64,000 bases of DNA from a virus (IMGVR_UViG_3300042908_001106:11494-75493); one strand, 5' to 3'. Shown: positions 19,977-28,985, counted from the stretch's first letter. Notes: generated by a model from the sequence alone, not told the origin. Program-made: numbers and translations.

Positions 19977-20681
19977 ATGAATAATTATCACGTCCCATCT
20001 AAAGATAAATGGGAATTTGACGAATCAGTAACAGACATTTTTGATGATATGTTGGCTCGTTCAATTCCTCAATACGAGGTAATGAGAGACGCTGTTACCA
20101 ATATCGCTCGTGAATACATAAAACCCGCCAGTTCTGTCATAGATATTGGATGCTCAAGAGGTGAGCAGATATCTCGACTAATTCAATCCTATGGGACTAA
20201 TTGCACCTATTATGGAATCGAAGTTAGTCAACCGATGATTAACGCGAGTAGGGAAAAGTTTAAGGGTTTTGAATGCGTCAGTTTACATGAATTAGATTTA
20301 AGAAAAGATTGGTTAACTCTTAAAAACGTATCCGTCACTTTGTCGGTTTTAACTTTACAGTTTATTCCGATTGAATACAGATTAAGACTACTCAAAAAAA
20401 TCTATGATTCAACTCGAAAAGGCGGGTGTTTTATTTTAGTTGAAAAAGTTATTGGGGGGTCTGCTGATATTGACAGTTTATTGACCAATCAGTATTATAA
20501 CTTAAAACATCAGAATGGTTATTCTATTTATGAGATAGAACGGAAAAAATTAAGCCTAGAGGGTGTACTTGTTCCGGTAACAGCTAATTGGAATGAAGAA
20601 ATGCTTAGATTGTCTGGTTTTACTGAGGTTGATTGTTTTTGGCGTTGGATGAACTTTTCTGGATGGATTGCTGTTAAGTAG
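19977..20681 (+). CDS. cmoA: CmoA-like carboxy-S-adenosylmethionine synthase
   Basis: WEFDESVTDIFDDMLARSIPQY, DIGCSRG, LTLQF, LVEK, SLEGVL and WMNF match the CmoA pattern; ATG 1 nt after the AsnB-like stop. Confidence 0.8.
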   Translation: MNNYHVPSKDKWEFDESVTDIFDDMLARSIPQYEVMRDAVTNIAREYIKPASSVIDIGCSRGEQISRLIQSYGTNCTYYGIEVSQPMINASREKFKGFECVSLHELDLRKDWLTLKNVSVTLSVLTLQFIPIEYRLRLLKKIYDSTRKGGCFILVEKVIGGSADIDSLLTNQYYNLKHQNGYSIYEIERKKLSLEGVLVPVTANWNEEMLRLSGFTEVDCFWRWMNFSGWIAVK

Positions 20682-20725
20682 AATGAAACTAATGGAAAGA
20701 TTGCCAGATTAATTAATATTAACTG

Positions 20726-20777
20726 TGATATAATATTAATAGTAAATGCCCTTCGCGATGTTTCAGCATCCAAGGGC
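20726..20777 (+). promoter_or_regulatory. Extended -10 promoter plus leader hairpin (copy C)
   Basis: TGATATAAT then GCCCTT-CGC-GATG-TTTCAG-CATC-C-AAGGGC. Confidence 0.65.
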
Positions 20778-20803
20778 TGTAAACCTGATTCAGAGGTATC
20801 ACA

Positions 20804-21610
20804 ATGAATAACTTTAACAAAGAATTGGCTCTAACCTTAATTGATTCTAGCATTGAGTTTCCCGTTGACTTTGATGACGCGATGCAATGGTGGGACTGTC
20901 GGACTAAGGATGGAAGTCTTACCACTCGACGGCAGTTAGTCGCAAAACTCAAGCAAAACTTTGATCAAGGATTAGATTGGACTTTTGCACAAATTTATGA
21001 AAAAGTCCAAACAGGGCGACCCGTTGATAAAATCTACCTGACAGTGGACACCTTCAAAGAAATGGGAATGATGTTACCTAGTGGCAAGGGCAAAGAGATC
21101 CGGCGTTATTTCCTTGAGTGTGAACGGGAGTTAAAACAACTTAGATCAGAATCCGCCCAAACTCAAACAGTCTCATCCCAACCCACGCCGCGCGATATTG
21201 CTGATTTTGTCTCTGTCATCCTAAATATCGCGGGTTTGGATCAGAGTATGATTGCAGCGTCCGCAGCTAATCACGTCGCTAAATATTATCCGGCGCTCCG
21301 TCCCTCGGCTGAAGACTTAAAAAAGGAATTAGTCATCGAGACATCGGAAAAACTTCTCACGCCCACCGAACTCGGATTAATCCTAGAGCAGCGCACCGGA
21401 ATTAAACACTCAGCGCAACGGGTCAACAAACTCCTATCTGAGAATGGATTGCAAACCCCGAACCCTCACGGGAAAGATCCGGCTTGGTTGCCAACTCTAA
21501 AAGGATCAGGATTTTCTAAGTTGTTACTCGCCGCACAGAAGGGGATTAAGGACGCAACCCGTCAACATTTGCAATGGTTTGAATCCGTTGTTGATGTTTT
21601 GGCGGTGTAG
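20804..21610 (+). CDS. Phage antirepressor (AntA/AntB-like N-terminus, Ant C-terminal-like)
   Basis: FPVDFDDA, LTVDTFKEMGM...KGKEIRRYFLECE, LTPTELG...VNKLL motifs. Confidence 0.8.
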   Translation: MNNFNKELALTLIDSSIEFPVDFDDAMQWWDCRTKDGSLTTRRQLVAKLKQNFDQGLDWTFAQIYEKVQTGRPVDKIYLTVDTFKEMGMMLPSGKGKEIRRYFLECERELKQLRSESAQTQTVSSQPTPRDIADFVSVILNIAGLDQSMIAASAANHVAKYYPALRPSAEDLKKELVIETSEKLLTPTELGLILEQRTGIKHSAQRVNKLLSENGLQTPNPHGKDPAWLPTLKGSGFSKLLLAAQKGIKDATRQHLQWFESVVDVLAV

Positions 21611-21627
21611 GGTAGGGTGAAATAGTT

Positions 21628-21656
21628 AAAACCCCAGGAGTCAATTCCTGGGGTTT
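21628..21656. terminator. Intrinsic terminator between convergent genes
   Basis: AAACCCCAGGA...TCCTGGGGTTT inverted repeat. Confidence 0.7.
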
Positions 21657-21673
21657 AGGTTCACCGCGTAGCT

Positions 21674-21883
21674 TTAGTTCCGAGTCAGTTTGAGCGTAAA
21701 GCCTGCGCCGGCTAAATATACTGGGTATCCTGTGCTGGCCAAGTACTCTTCTATGAAATCAACTGTGTGCTGCCCAGACCAGGTTATCTCAATCTCGTTG
21801 TCAACAGGATTGATGGTGAAGGTTTCGTGGGGGATGGTTCTGAGTGACATTCTGAGGTCTTTTACGATTTTGGTGGCGTTCAT
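21674..21883 (-). CDS. Small protein, paralogue of 22060..22278
   Basis: Shares the F.I....EI.ITW.G pattern and a duplicated promoter. Confidence 0.6.
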   Translation of the reverse strand: MNATKIVKDLRMSLRTIPHETFTINPVDNEIEITWSGQHTVDFIEEYLASTGYPVYLAGAGFTLKLTRN

Positions 21884-21987
21884 GGCGTTTTTCCTTATTG
21901 CTTAACTATCTTTAATCATAGTAGATAGACGACTATATGTCAAGGGGTTTTCTAAAATTCTTTTTAGAGGTAGCTCATGGCTAAAAG

Positions 21988-22019
21988 AAAACCCCTGACT
22001 GATAGCGGTCAGGGGTTTT
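21988..22019. terminator. Intrinsic terminator
   Basis: AAAACCCCTGAC...GTCAGGGGTTTT. Confidence 0.7.
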
Positions 22020-22059
22020 CTACGCTCTTGTTTTTAGCCCTGAGCTTTTGCGTAGGCAT

Positions 22060-22278
22060 TTACCACAGATCGGCTTCTTCCTGTTGTTCTGTATAGGTTC
22101 GGTTGGGTTTGATGTTTTTGCTTAGGTATGATACAAACCCCATCACAGACTCCTCTGTAGGGCCGTCAGTCCAAGAGATGATAACGTCCGATCCTTTTGT
22201 AGTCACGATGAATCGTGTGTGTCTGTAGGTATCTTTGAGTGTAATCACTACTTGATGGATGATTTGTTGGTTATTCAT
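22060..22278 (-). CDS. LPD29-like small protein
   Basis: LKDTY..TRF.V......ISWTDGP motif. Confidence 0.5.
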   Translation of the reverse strand: MNNQQIIHQVVITLKDTYRHTRFIVTTKGSDVIISWTDGPTEESVMGFVSYLSKNIKPNRTYTEQQEEADLW

Positions 22279-22458
22279 GGTGTTTTTCCTTATTGCTTAA
22301 CTATTTATAACTATAGTAGATAGACGACTATATGTCAAGGGGTTTTTTAAAATTCTTTTTTCTTTACAGTTCCGAGTAGATAGACTACTATATTAATAAT
22401 GTCCTCTAACCCAGAAAGCTAGAGGACATAGTTAAGCAATAAGTGGGGTTATTATAAC

Positions 22459-22686
22459 ATGAGCGAGTCACTGAAGAAAGCACAGGCTAAATATAATCGG
22501 AGTGATAAGGGAAAAGACCGGAATATTGATTATGATCGGTCTGAGAAGGGGCGGGAACGGAAACGGCGCTATGCTCAAAACATCTCAGAGGAACAGAAGG
22601 AAAAACAGAGGGAAGCTAAACGGCTTAGTGCTAGACGGAAAAGATGGAAGGATAAGCACGGAAGCCTCGATGGTTTTGATAATTGA
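22459..22686 (+). CDS. Basic hypothetical protein
   Basis: Y.RS(D/E)KG(K/R) repeats. Confidence 0.55.
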   Translation: MSESLKKAQAKYNRSDKGKDRNIDYDRSEKGRERKRRYAQNISEEQKEKQREAKRLSARRKRWKDKHGSLDGFDN

Positions 22687-22719
22687 GTTACCCCCAGCCC
22701 CAATTATTATTATAACAAT

Positions 22720-23190
22720 TTAATCAGTCCCAAACTTTTCCCTGAGTGCCAACATAGCTTTTTTCTTCTTATGTCTGAGATATGATTCGGCATCGGTCAG
22801 GTTCCGACCTGGATAGATTCTCGGCCTCCCTACGGGCTTGGGGTCTGAGGTCGTGATTTTCTCATGGATTCTCGGTCGCCCCTCTGGTTTGGGATTTGAA
22901 ATTTGGGACGCTCCGCAGGGTGTACAGCGCCACTTCTGCCTCCCGTCCGAATGAACCCCGTTTTTTTTCATCTTGTGTCCGCACTTTGGACATGGCGGGT
23001 TTTTCTTGGCTTCATTGGATTTTCGATTCCGTAACCAACAGGGATTGCAGAAATACTTTTGTTTTCCGGTTGGCGTTATCCCAGACTTCCACATCTTCCC
23101 ACCGCAAGTTAAGCAGCGCGGGTTGTATTTTTCCGTGTTATCTTTGTCCATTCTTTGTCCATTAGTAGCCTGTTCTGTAGGTTTACTCAA
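22720..23190 (-). CDS. Double InsA-like Zn-ribbon protein with GRPR (AT-hook-like) repeats
   Basis: Two C..CG..M.K.G....G.QK..C..C units and two GRPR motifs. Confidence 0.65.
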   Translation of the reverse strand: MSKPTEQATNGQRMDKDNTEKYNPRCLTCGGKMWKSGITPTGKQKYFCNPCWLRNRKSNEAKKNPPCPKCGHKMKKNGVHSDGRQKWRCTPCGASQISNPKPEGRPRIHEKITTSDPKPVGRPRIYPGRNLTDAESYLRHKKKKAMLALREKFGTD

Positions 23191-23228
23191 GTCCCCAGAT
23201 GTGGCAAAACATCGTGGGGATAATTTTT

Positions 23229-23465
23229 CTAGGTACTCAATACAATTGTGGCCGGATAAATTGCCATGTAATCGTTTTCACCTAAGCTAATTTTCTGCTG
23301 CTCAACTAAAGTAAAAATTGCAAACCAAAATACTTTTTCACTCAATCCCAAATCCTTCTGAGCTTTAGAGGGATAGATAAATACTGCCCTCTTTCCTAGG
23401 AATTGAGGGATTAACCATTTTTCCACAATGGTGATCGCATTCTCTAGTTCTTGAGTATTAATCAT
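23229..23465 (-). CDS. Hypothetical protein
   Basis: ATG ORF, 78 aa. Confidence 0.45.
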   Translation of the reverse strand: MINTQELENAITIVEKWLIPQFLGKRAVFIYPSKAQKDLGLSEKVFWFAIFTLVEQQKISLGENDYMAIYPATIVLST

Positions 23466-23530
23466 AATTTAATCAGCACAAAACTATTGTTTTATTATAT
23501 AATATAAACAGTTCTAAATGCTAACAAAAT

Positions 23531-23887
23531 ATGGCGATCGCAACGAACCTAAACCAAAGAATAGAAGGGCAAAAACTTCTATTCACGGCTGCCACTGATA
23601 CTATGATTATCGGGGGAATGGTTAGCAATCTTTCTGTAACGGATGCCTACTTTAGCTTAAAACCTTTTATGGTAAATGCTAAGATAGATCGGGGTTTTCC
23701 ATTCCAACTTCAAACCAAGTTACTCGCTCCTGCATTAACAGAGGTTAAGGCTTTTGCTACCGATACCCCTGTTAATTTATTTTGGGATTCTAGCGATGGT
23801 TGGAACTCTGAAGTTTTAGAAGATTGGAACGGGGCAATCCCTAACTTTATTCCTGTATTATCGAATATAACTATAGCGGAGATTTAA
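23531..23887 (+). CDS. Hypothetical, possibly virion-associated
   Basis: First ORF of a tightly packed + strand operon. Confidence 0.55.
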   Translation: MAIATNLNQRIEGQKLLFTAATDTMIIGGMVSNLSVTDAYFSLKPFMVNAKIDRGFPFQLQTKLLAPALTEVKAFATDTPVNLFWDSSDGWNSEVLEDWNGAIPNFIPVLSNITIAEI

Positions 23888-23891
23888 GATA

Positions 23892-24785
23892 ATGCCTTGG
23901 ATGGGTTCAAAGGCGAATATAGCCGCAATTGTGGCGTTAAACGTTGCGGACTTACAAGATGGAATTGTCTATTTTGCCTCAACAGAAAAAGCCTGGTTAG
24001 TGCTAGAAAAGACCAACACAACGGCAACCGCAAATGATAAAAGTTGCTTTACCGCAATAGGTGGTGGTAGATGGTTCCTCTCTAGGGATTCTAAAGTAGT
24101 GGCAACTACAATACCCACGGGGGCGGCTGCTATAGGAACTCGATGGGTATATCAAGAAAATGGGGCGGTTAATTCCTACGATTCGGTTATTTCTTATATT
24201 TATAATGGTACAACTTGGATTGAATTAGATGCCAGAGTTAGGATATCAACCGGAACCCCTGCAAGTCTTTCTAAAACCCCAAATTCCAATAGAGAATCAT
24301 GGCTAAATACTACGACGGGGGTGGTTTCTAACGCTCTTAACGGGAGTTGGGTGATACCGTCTTCCCCAACTCCTACACCAGCCCCAACACCAGCCCCAAC
24401 ACCAGAAACTATTGGAATTAACCAAACTGTCAATGGTTTTTTAGACTATGAAGTTGATGAATTTGGGGATGTTATCAAGAATTGGATTGAATATATTATC
24501 ACGGGTTTTGTTGTTAATCAACCTATAACAATAACTCTGGACACAACTGCTTCGGAAGCCTTTGAACCGTACCTAATAGTAAAAGAAGGCCCTAACCAAT
24601 TTGGCTTTGCTAGTGATGCAGACGGAGACCCTATTTACGGGAATGCCGATGGAATAGCCGAGCTAACAATTACCCCTGGGCTTGCTAATTTGGTTTATAC
24701 GATAATTGTAACCAGTTACAATAACAACGACAATTCATCAAATACAGAAACCGGAGATTTTGTATTGTCCACTGTTTCACCTTAA
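23892..24785 (+). CDS. Putative tail fibre/receptor-binding accessory protein with PTPA linker and C-terminal beta domain
   Basis: N-terminal ~155 aa closely paralogous to 24807..25289; PTPTPAPTPAPTP linker; PPC-like acidic C-terminus. Confidence 0.55.
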   Translation: MPWMGSKANIAAIVALNVADLQDGIVYFASTEKAWLVLEKTNTTATANDKSCFTAIGGGRWFLSRDSKVVATTIPTGAAAIGTRWVYQENGAVNSYDSVISYIYNGTTWIELDARVRISTGTPASLSKTPNSNRESWLNTTTGVVSNALNGSWVIPSSPTPTPAPTPAPTPETIGINQTVNGFLDYEVDEFGDVIKNWIEYIITGFVVNQPITITLDTTASEAFEPYLIVKEGPNQFGFASDADGDPIYGNADGIAELTITPGLANLVYTIIVTSYNNNDNSSNTETGDFVLSTVSP

Positions 24786-24806
24786 TTTATATCAGGAACA
24801 AAGACT

Positions 24807-25289
24807 ATGGCATGGATGGGTTCTAAGACAAATATTGCTGCAATTACGGCTCTAAGTGTTGCTAATTTAGAGGATGGAATTGTCTTCTATGCTTCTGCCG
24901 AAAAAGTTTGGTTAGCATTAGCTAAAACCGACACGACTTCAACAGCAAATAGTAAAAGTTGCTACACTGCCACGGGCGGAGGTAGATGGTTTATATCCAG
25001 AGATTCTACGGTTGTCGCCACTACCACGCCAACGGGGGCGGCTGCGATTGGAACCCGTTGGATATATCAAGAGAATGGGGCGGTCAATACTTACGACTCG
25101 GTTTTGAGTTATGTTTACAATGGCACGGCATGGGTAGAAACAGACACACGGATGAGACTCCACACCGGAACCCCCGCGAGTTTATCCAAGACACCAAACT
25201 CAAATAGGGAGACATGGAAGGACACTAGCACCGGAACAGTCTACACGGCATTTAATGGCGGCTGGATTGAAGCTGCGGGGGGTACATGA
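24807..25289 (+). CDS. Paralogue of the N-terminal domain of 23892..24785
   Basis: WMGSK.NIAAI, GGGRWF and GAAAIGTRW are shared. Confidence 0.65.
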   Translation: MAWMGSKTNIAAITALSVANLEDGIVFYASAEKVWLALAKTDTTSTANSKSCYTATGGGRWFISRDSTVVATTTPTGAAAIGTRWIYQENGAVNTYDSVLSYVYNGTAWVETDTRMRLHTGTPASLSKTPNSNRETWKDTSTGTVYTAFNGGWIEAAGGT

Positions 25290-26035
25290 TGCTTAATTTT
25301 ACAAACGGATCAAGTAACCTTTCAAGGATTGATTGGACTGCTTTTGATGGTGTTGTTGCGGGGTATTGGTTAAGTCTGTGGGAACATGAACCCCCGACAA
25401 TATTTAACATTCCTGACAAAATTTATCGGTCAATGTTTCTCTATGGGAATAAACACCATAAACCACACCCAAATTCAGGTTGCGATTCAATTAAGGAATG
25501 GGTAGGGCAACGGGTTGGGAAATTCCCCAAGATTAATGAATGGGTGTTATGCAATGAATTTACCGACGATCTAGGTGTCGGCTATCCTGATTATAAACTT
25601 GATAACCTAAAGCGATATTGTGAAGTCGCGCATATTGCCAACCCCAAAGCTCGATTAATTTTGGGAGATTTCAAACCCCACCTATTCAATAAATGGGATG
25701 CGATCGCCAACATCTGCCACGAATTAGCTAAGGATTTTCCTGTTGAGGTAGGGATTCAAACTCATTTGAAAACCTATAATGCTCCGGTGATCCTAACCAG
25801 ATTACCTAAAATTATTGAGATGTTTGATGTTCCCGTGCATTTTATTGAAGCGAGTCTTTGGTATAAATCCGTTGCCGATAAAGCGATTTGTAATGGGCTA
25901 TGGTCGGAGTTGATATCAATAGCCGAACAGCATCAAGTCCAATCGTTTTGTAATTGGTGGTTAATGGTTGAGGATATAGAGGTTGGGCGGCGGATGCCTA
26001 CTTTTGAAAGTTTAAAACTATATATTAAAGAATAA
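25286..26035 (+). CDS. Glycoside hydrolase family 10-like protein
   Basis: EWVLCNE (cf. WDVVNE), VGIQTH (cf. GIG.Q.H), VHFIE (cf. ITE). Confidence 0.5.
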   Translation: MMLNFTNGSSNLSRIDWTAFDGVVAGYWLSLWEHEPPTIFNIPDKIYRSMFLYGNKHHKPHPNSGCDSIKEWVGQRVGKFPKINEWVLCNEFTDDLGVGYPDYKLDNLKRYCEVAHIANPKARLILGDFKPHLFNKWDAIANICHELAKDFPVEVGIQTHLKTYNAPVILTRLPKIIEMFDVPVHFIEASLWYKSVADKAICNGLWSELISIAEQHQVQSFCNWWLMVEDIEVGRRMPTFESLKLYIKE

Positions 26036-26036
26036 T

Positions 26037-27017
26037 ATGTCATCATCTTTTCCCACTGAACCAAGCTATGTTGACACATTCAATATGTTGCCAACTCAAG
26101 CATTTTTAGAGAGAATCACGGAATTTTATATAGAAGGAACTAATTCAGAAATCTTAAACAATGGTACATTACAAAACGGAACATTTATTGCAACTTTTTC
26201 CAGTTCAATCCCTCAATTTATCGGTAATTCAACCGTAGGGTTGTTCTGCATAAACACACAAGATCAGATTATAGGAAGTCAAATCATTGATCTAAAAAGT
26301 GATGATATACAACTTGGCTACAACGGCACAACCGCGTCTTATAATCTATCCCTAAATAAACGATTTTCCCCGTCTGGTAGTCCTAAATCCTTTGCTCTAG
26401 GAATTGATTCGGGTGAGATGGTTGACATCCTTTTTGTAGGCAAGATTGAGGCGAACAAGTTAAAAAATCTAGCTCCTATGAAACAAAGGTTTTTAGATAC
26501 TTTTAAAACCTTCTTTGGGACGGCCTCAGATTATCAATGGTATGCAGGATTGGCAACATTACCCGAACCGTTAAACATTAATAGCAGTGTCGAATTAGCT
26601 AATTTTGTAATATTAAATAGCTCCCCTGATTTTATCGACAATGCAATAACTCAAGGGGGAAAATATATTGGTAGCGGTGTCGGTTCTACAGACCCAAATC
26701 TTCAATTAGCTGCACATCATAAATATGGGACATTAGTTACTGTTGTCTGGAATCAATCAAGTACCTGCGTCACGAGTCTATTTAATGAAACAAGTTTCAC
26801 TCCGAGTAAAGCTGATTTATTGTATAATTCAATGTTTGTATTTGGATACATGAAAGGGGCTGAAGATGCAGAAACTCTTGTGGCTTTTGCGGGGGAAACA
26901 CCAAAAACCGGAATACTGCCCTATGCTAAAGGGGACAATAACGATGATAATTTAATAGATTATTACGCCTTTTATCCTAAAGTTGATATTAAATCAAGTG
27001 ATGTAATTATTATTTAA
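26037..27017 (+). CDS. Hypothetical, probably virion-associated
   Basis: 326 aa, coupled in the operon. Confidence 0.6.
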   Translation: MSSSFPTEPSYVDTFNMLPTQAFLERITEFYIEGTNSEILNNGTLQNGTFIATFSSSIPQFIGNSTVGLFCINTQDQIIGSQIIDLKSDDIQLGYNGTTASYNLSLNKRFSPSGSPKSFALGIDSGEMVDILFVGKIEANKLKNLAPMKQRFLDTFKTFFGTASDYQWYAGLATLPEPLNINSSVELANFVILNSSPDFIDNAITQGGKYIGSGVGSTDPNLQLAAHHKYGTLVTVVWNQSSTCVTSLFNETSFTPSKADLLYNSMFVFGYMKGAEDAETLVAFAGETPKTGILPYAKGDNNDDNLIDYYAFYPKVDIKSSDVIII

Positions 27018-27018
27018 T

Positions 27019-27603
27019 ATGGAAATTTTAATTTCATTTACCACAACGGTTGGAGTTGTTGAGGCTTTAAGAACAACAAAAGATATTGCTGTTGATGTTG
27101 TAAATCAGAGCATTGTTTTGTGGTTAAAGAATAAAAAAATACCCAACCCAGGACAACCGGATCGACCGGTGAACAATAGGGAAGTAAACCGTAGAACTCC
27201 GCCTTATTTGGGAGTTGGAAAGTATGCTTATATAACGTCGTCTGGAACAAAATATGATTATAGCTTTTTTCGGTATTCTTGGAACTGGTGGGAAGAAGAA
27301 TATTCTGGCACGGAGACCGGATCTTATTATTACCACGTCTTTGCAGAGGGGCTCTCTGGTGAACAGATTGTGACATATAGAACTCCACCTGGAGGGCCGA
27401 CCGGAGGTGGAACATCCAGAGTTCCCGCATCTTCTTATACCTCTGGATCTAGTAGCTTCTCTAGTTATTATCAGTACAACAATCTGTATAATGCCGGTAA
27501 TCCTAACTGGCCAATCGGAGGAGGGGAGCCATCCGGCACAATGCTTGGAGGTCGGGGAAATGGTTTTGAATTTGGTTCTGTATCCGTATCTTTTGGAGAT
27601 TAG
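27019..27603 (+). CDS. Gly/Ser/Tyr-rich hypothetical protein
   Basis: 194 aa, coupled in the operon. Confidence 0.55.
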   Translation: MEILISFTTTVGVVEALRTTKDIAVDVVNQSIVLWLKNKKIPNPGQPDRPVNNREVNRRTPPYLGVGKYAYITSSGTKYDYSFFRYSWNWWEEEYSGTETGSYYYHVFAEGLSGEQIVTYRTPPGGPTGGGTSRVPASSYTSGSSSFSSYYQYNNLYNAGNPNWPIGGGEPSGTMLGGRGNGFEFGSVSVSFGD

Positions 27604-27783
27604 TTTTGGCAACGTTAAAACGAACTAACATAATCAGTTGTCGTTGGCATTTCTCCCTCTGATCTCTCCAATAATATTCTAACACCCAAACCCATAAAAC
27701 AAAAAGCCACCAAGCGGATGCCGGGTAACTTTAAGAGAGAATCTTTCCACCAATATTATTATAACACGAAAACATTAACATAA

Positions 27784-27951
27784 TCAGTCGTTGTTGGCAT
27801 TGCGATCGCACTCCTCGTCCACGGGATAAAACACTATATATCCCTTTGAGTTTATCGTCACTTTACACTTAATCGTCTTCCCTTGATTGTCGAGTAAATA
27901 CCCCACAATCGACGGCGCAGCTATTTCCGTTGGTGCTGTTTCTGTTGTCAT
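27784..27951 (-). CDS. Small hypothetical protein (55 aa, not in ORF track)
   Basis: MTTETAPTEIAAPSIVGYLLDNQGKTIKCKVTINSKGDIVFYPVDEECDRNANND; GAGGA upstream. Confidence 0.4.
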   Translation of the reverse strand: MTTETAPTEIAAPSIVGYLLDNQGKTIKCKVTINSKGYIVFYPVDEECDRNANND

Positions 27952-27981
27952 TCTATTTCCTCAATTCTTATCTAAATTTGT

Positions 27982-28254
27982 TCATGTTGATCTTTTCCAC
28001 GCTTTTCTACAATCTTCAGAAGTGAACTTGTACAGTGTTCCTTTATCACGAGATGCCTTGCCACCTTTACGACCTATCTCAGTCATGTAATCTTTGTTTC
28101 GTGACGTGGAAACCCCACCATCGCTACACTCGTCTGGCGTGAATTTATGAAGCGTTCCTTTATCGTGAGATGCTTTACCCCCTTTACTAGAAATCTCCCG
28201 ACGTTTTTCTGGGCTCATAGCAGCAAAACCACATTTCTTATTTTCTGATTTCAT
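27982..28254 (-). CDS. KGG-repeat general stress-like protein
   Basis: GFAAMSPEKRREISSKGG and EIGRKGG repeats (YciG/Con-10-like). Confidence 0.75.
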   Translation of the reverse strand: MKSENKKCGFAAMSPEKRREISSKGGKASHDKGTLHKFTPDECSDGGVSTSRNKDYMTEIGRKGGKASRDKGTLYKFTSEDCRKAWKRST

Positions 28255-28378
28255 AATTTTACTAACATCTAAGTTAATATTTATTTTAACACAAATACCT
28301 TATAATAAAGAAAAAGTATCTGAGTTTGTAGAGAATCTCAGATACTTTTAAAAAGTAAACACACAAAGCAACAACATA

Positions 28379-28927
28379 ATGATTATACAACAACTTTCAC
28401 TATTTGAAACACAACCCGTAATTCTTGATTCAAACGAAAATTATACCCCGTCTGATTTGATTGATTTAGTCCATGAGTTTTATGGATTTCCTGAATTAGA
28501 CCCTTTTAGCTGTGAACTTGCCAACCGAACGGTAAAAGCTCAAAAGATATTCACAATTCAAGATGATGGATTTAAACAGAACTGGAGGGCTAAGACACTC
28601 TGGTTAAACCCTCCCTACAGCGCGGGATTTGTTGAGAAGGTTGTTGACAAATTAATTCAAACCCTGAACGAGACGGAAGCGGAAGCCTTTTTGTTAACCA
28701 ATACTGACAACAGTACAGCCTGGTATAAAAAGGCTTTGAATCGGTGCGATCGCTTCTGCTTACCGTCAACTCGGTTAACATTTTATTCCCCAAAACGGGC
28801 GGCGGATGGGAAGAAACAAAACCAAAACCGATTCTCCCAAACTCTATTTTATTTTGGATTGCAACCTCAAAGATTTGAGGAAATTTTTGAGGGTTGGGGA
28901 ACTGTTTGTCAGACTTCTAAATGGTAA
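28379..28927 (+). CDS. Phage Dam-like N6-adenine DNA methyltransferase
   Basis: YTP, LDPFS, DG, WLNPPY, RLTF motifs. Confidence 0.8.
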   Translation: MIIQQLSLFETQPVILDSNENYTPSDLIDLVHEFYGFPELDPFSCELANRTVKAQKIFTIQDDGFKQNWRAKTLWLNPPYSAGFVEKVVDKLIQTLNETEAEAFLLTNTDNSTAWYKKALNRCDRFCLPSTRLTFYSPKRAADGKKQNQNRFSQTLFYFGLQPQRFEEIFEGWGTVCQTSKW

Positions 28928-28930
28928 AAA

Positions 28931-28962
28931 ATAACCCCTGTAAATTAATTTACGGGGGTTTA
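28931..28962. terminator. Intrinsic terminator
   Basis: AACCCCTGTAAATTAATTTACGGGGGTT palindrome between convergent genes. Confidence 0.65.
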
Positions 28963-28985
28963 AAGTTTTAGCTATTAATCACTGG

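Larger units (their letters stand above)
21881..22359 (-). repeat. Duplicated ~85-bp promoter/RBS cassette
   Basis: 21881-21964 and 22276-22359 nearly identical; TTGACA-17 nt-TATGAT/TATAGT and AAGGA RBS at identical spacing. Confidence 0.9.

Noticed and set aside
18620-20681. Housekeeping asparagine synthesis and tRNA cmo5U genes
   Set aside because: They are coupled to a DNA MTase in a phage, the AsnB-like protein is short, and no cmoB was recognised. DNA modification is more parsimonious, though unproven.
22720-23190. IS1 insertion sequence
   Set aside because: No InsB/DDE ORF or terminal inverted repeats were seen.
24365-24403. 12-bp tandem repeat as a DNA element
   Set aside because: It is in frame and explained by the PTPA protein linker.
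23892-25289. Diversity-generating retroelement TR/VR pair
   Set aside because: Differences between the paralogues are not adenine-specific and no reverse transcriptase was recognised in the window.
27625-27801. Short ~26-bp imperfect direct repeat (TAACATAATCAGT...GTTGGCATT)
   Set aside because: Two degenerate copies only; likely a small duplication scar with no supportable function.
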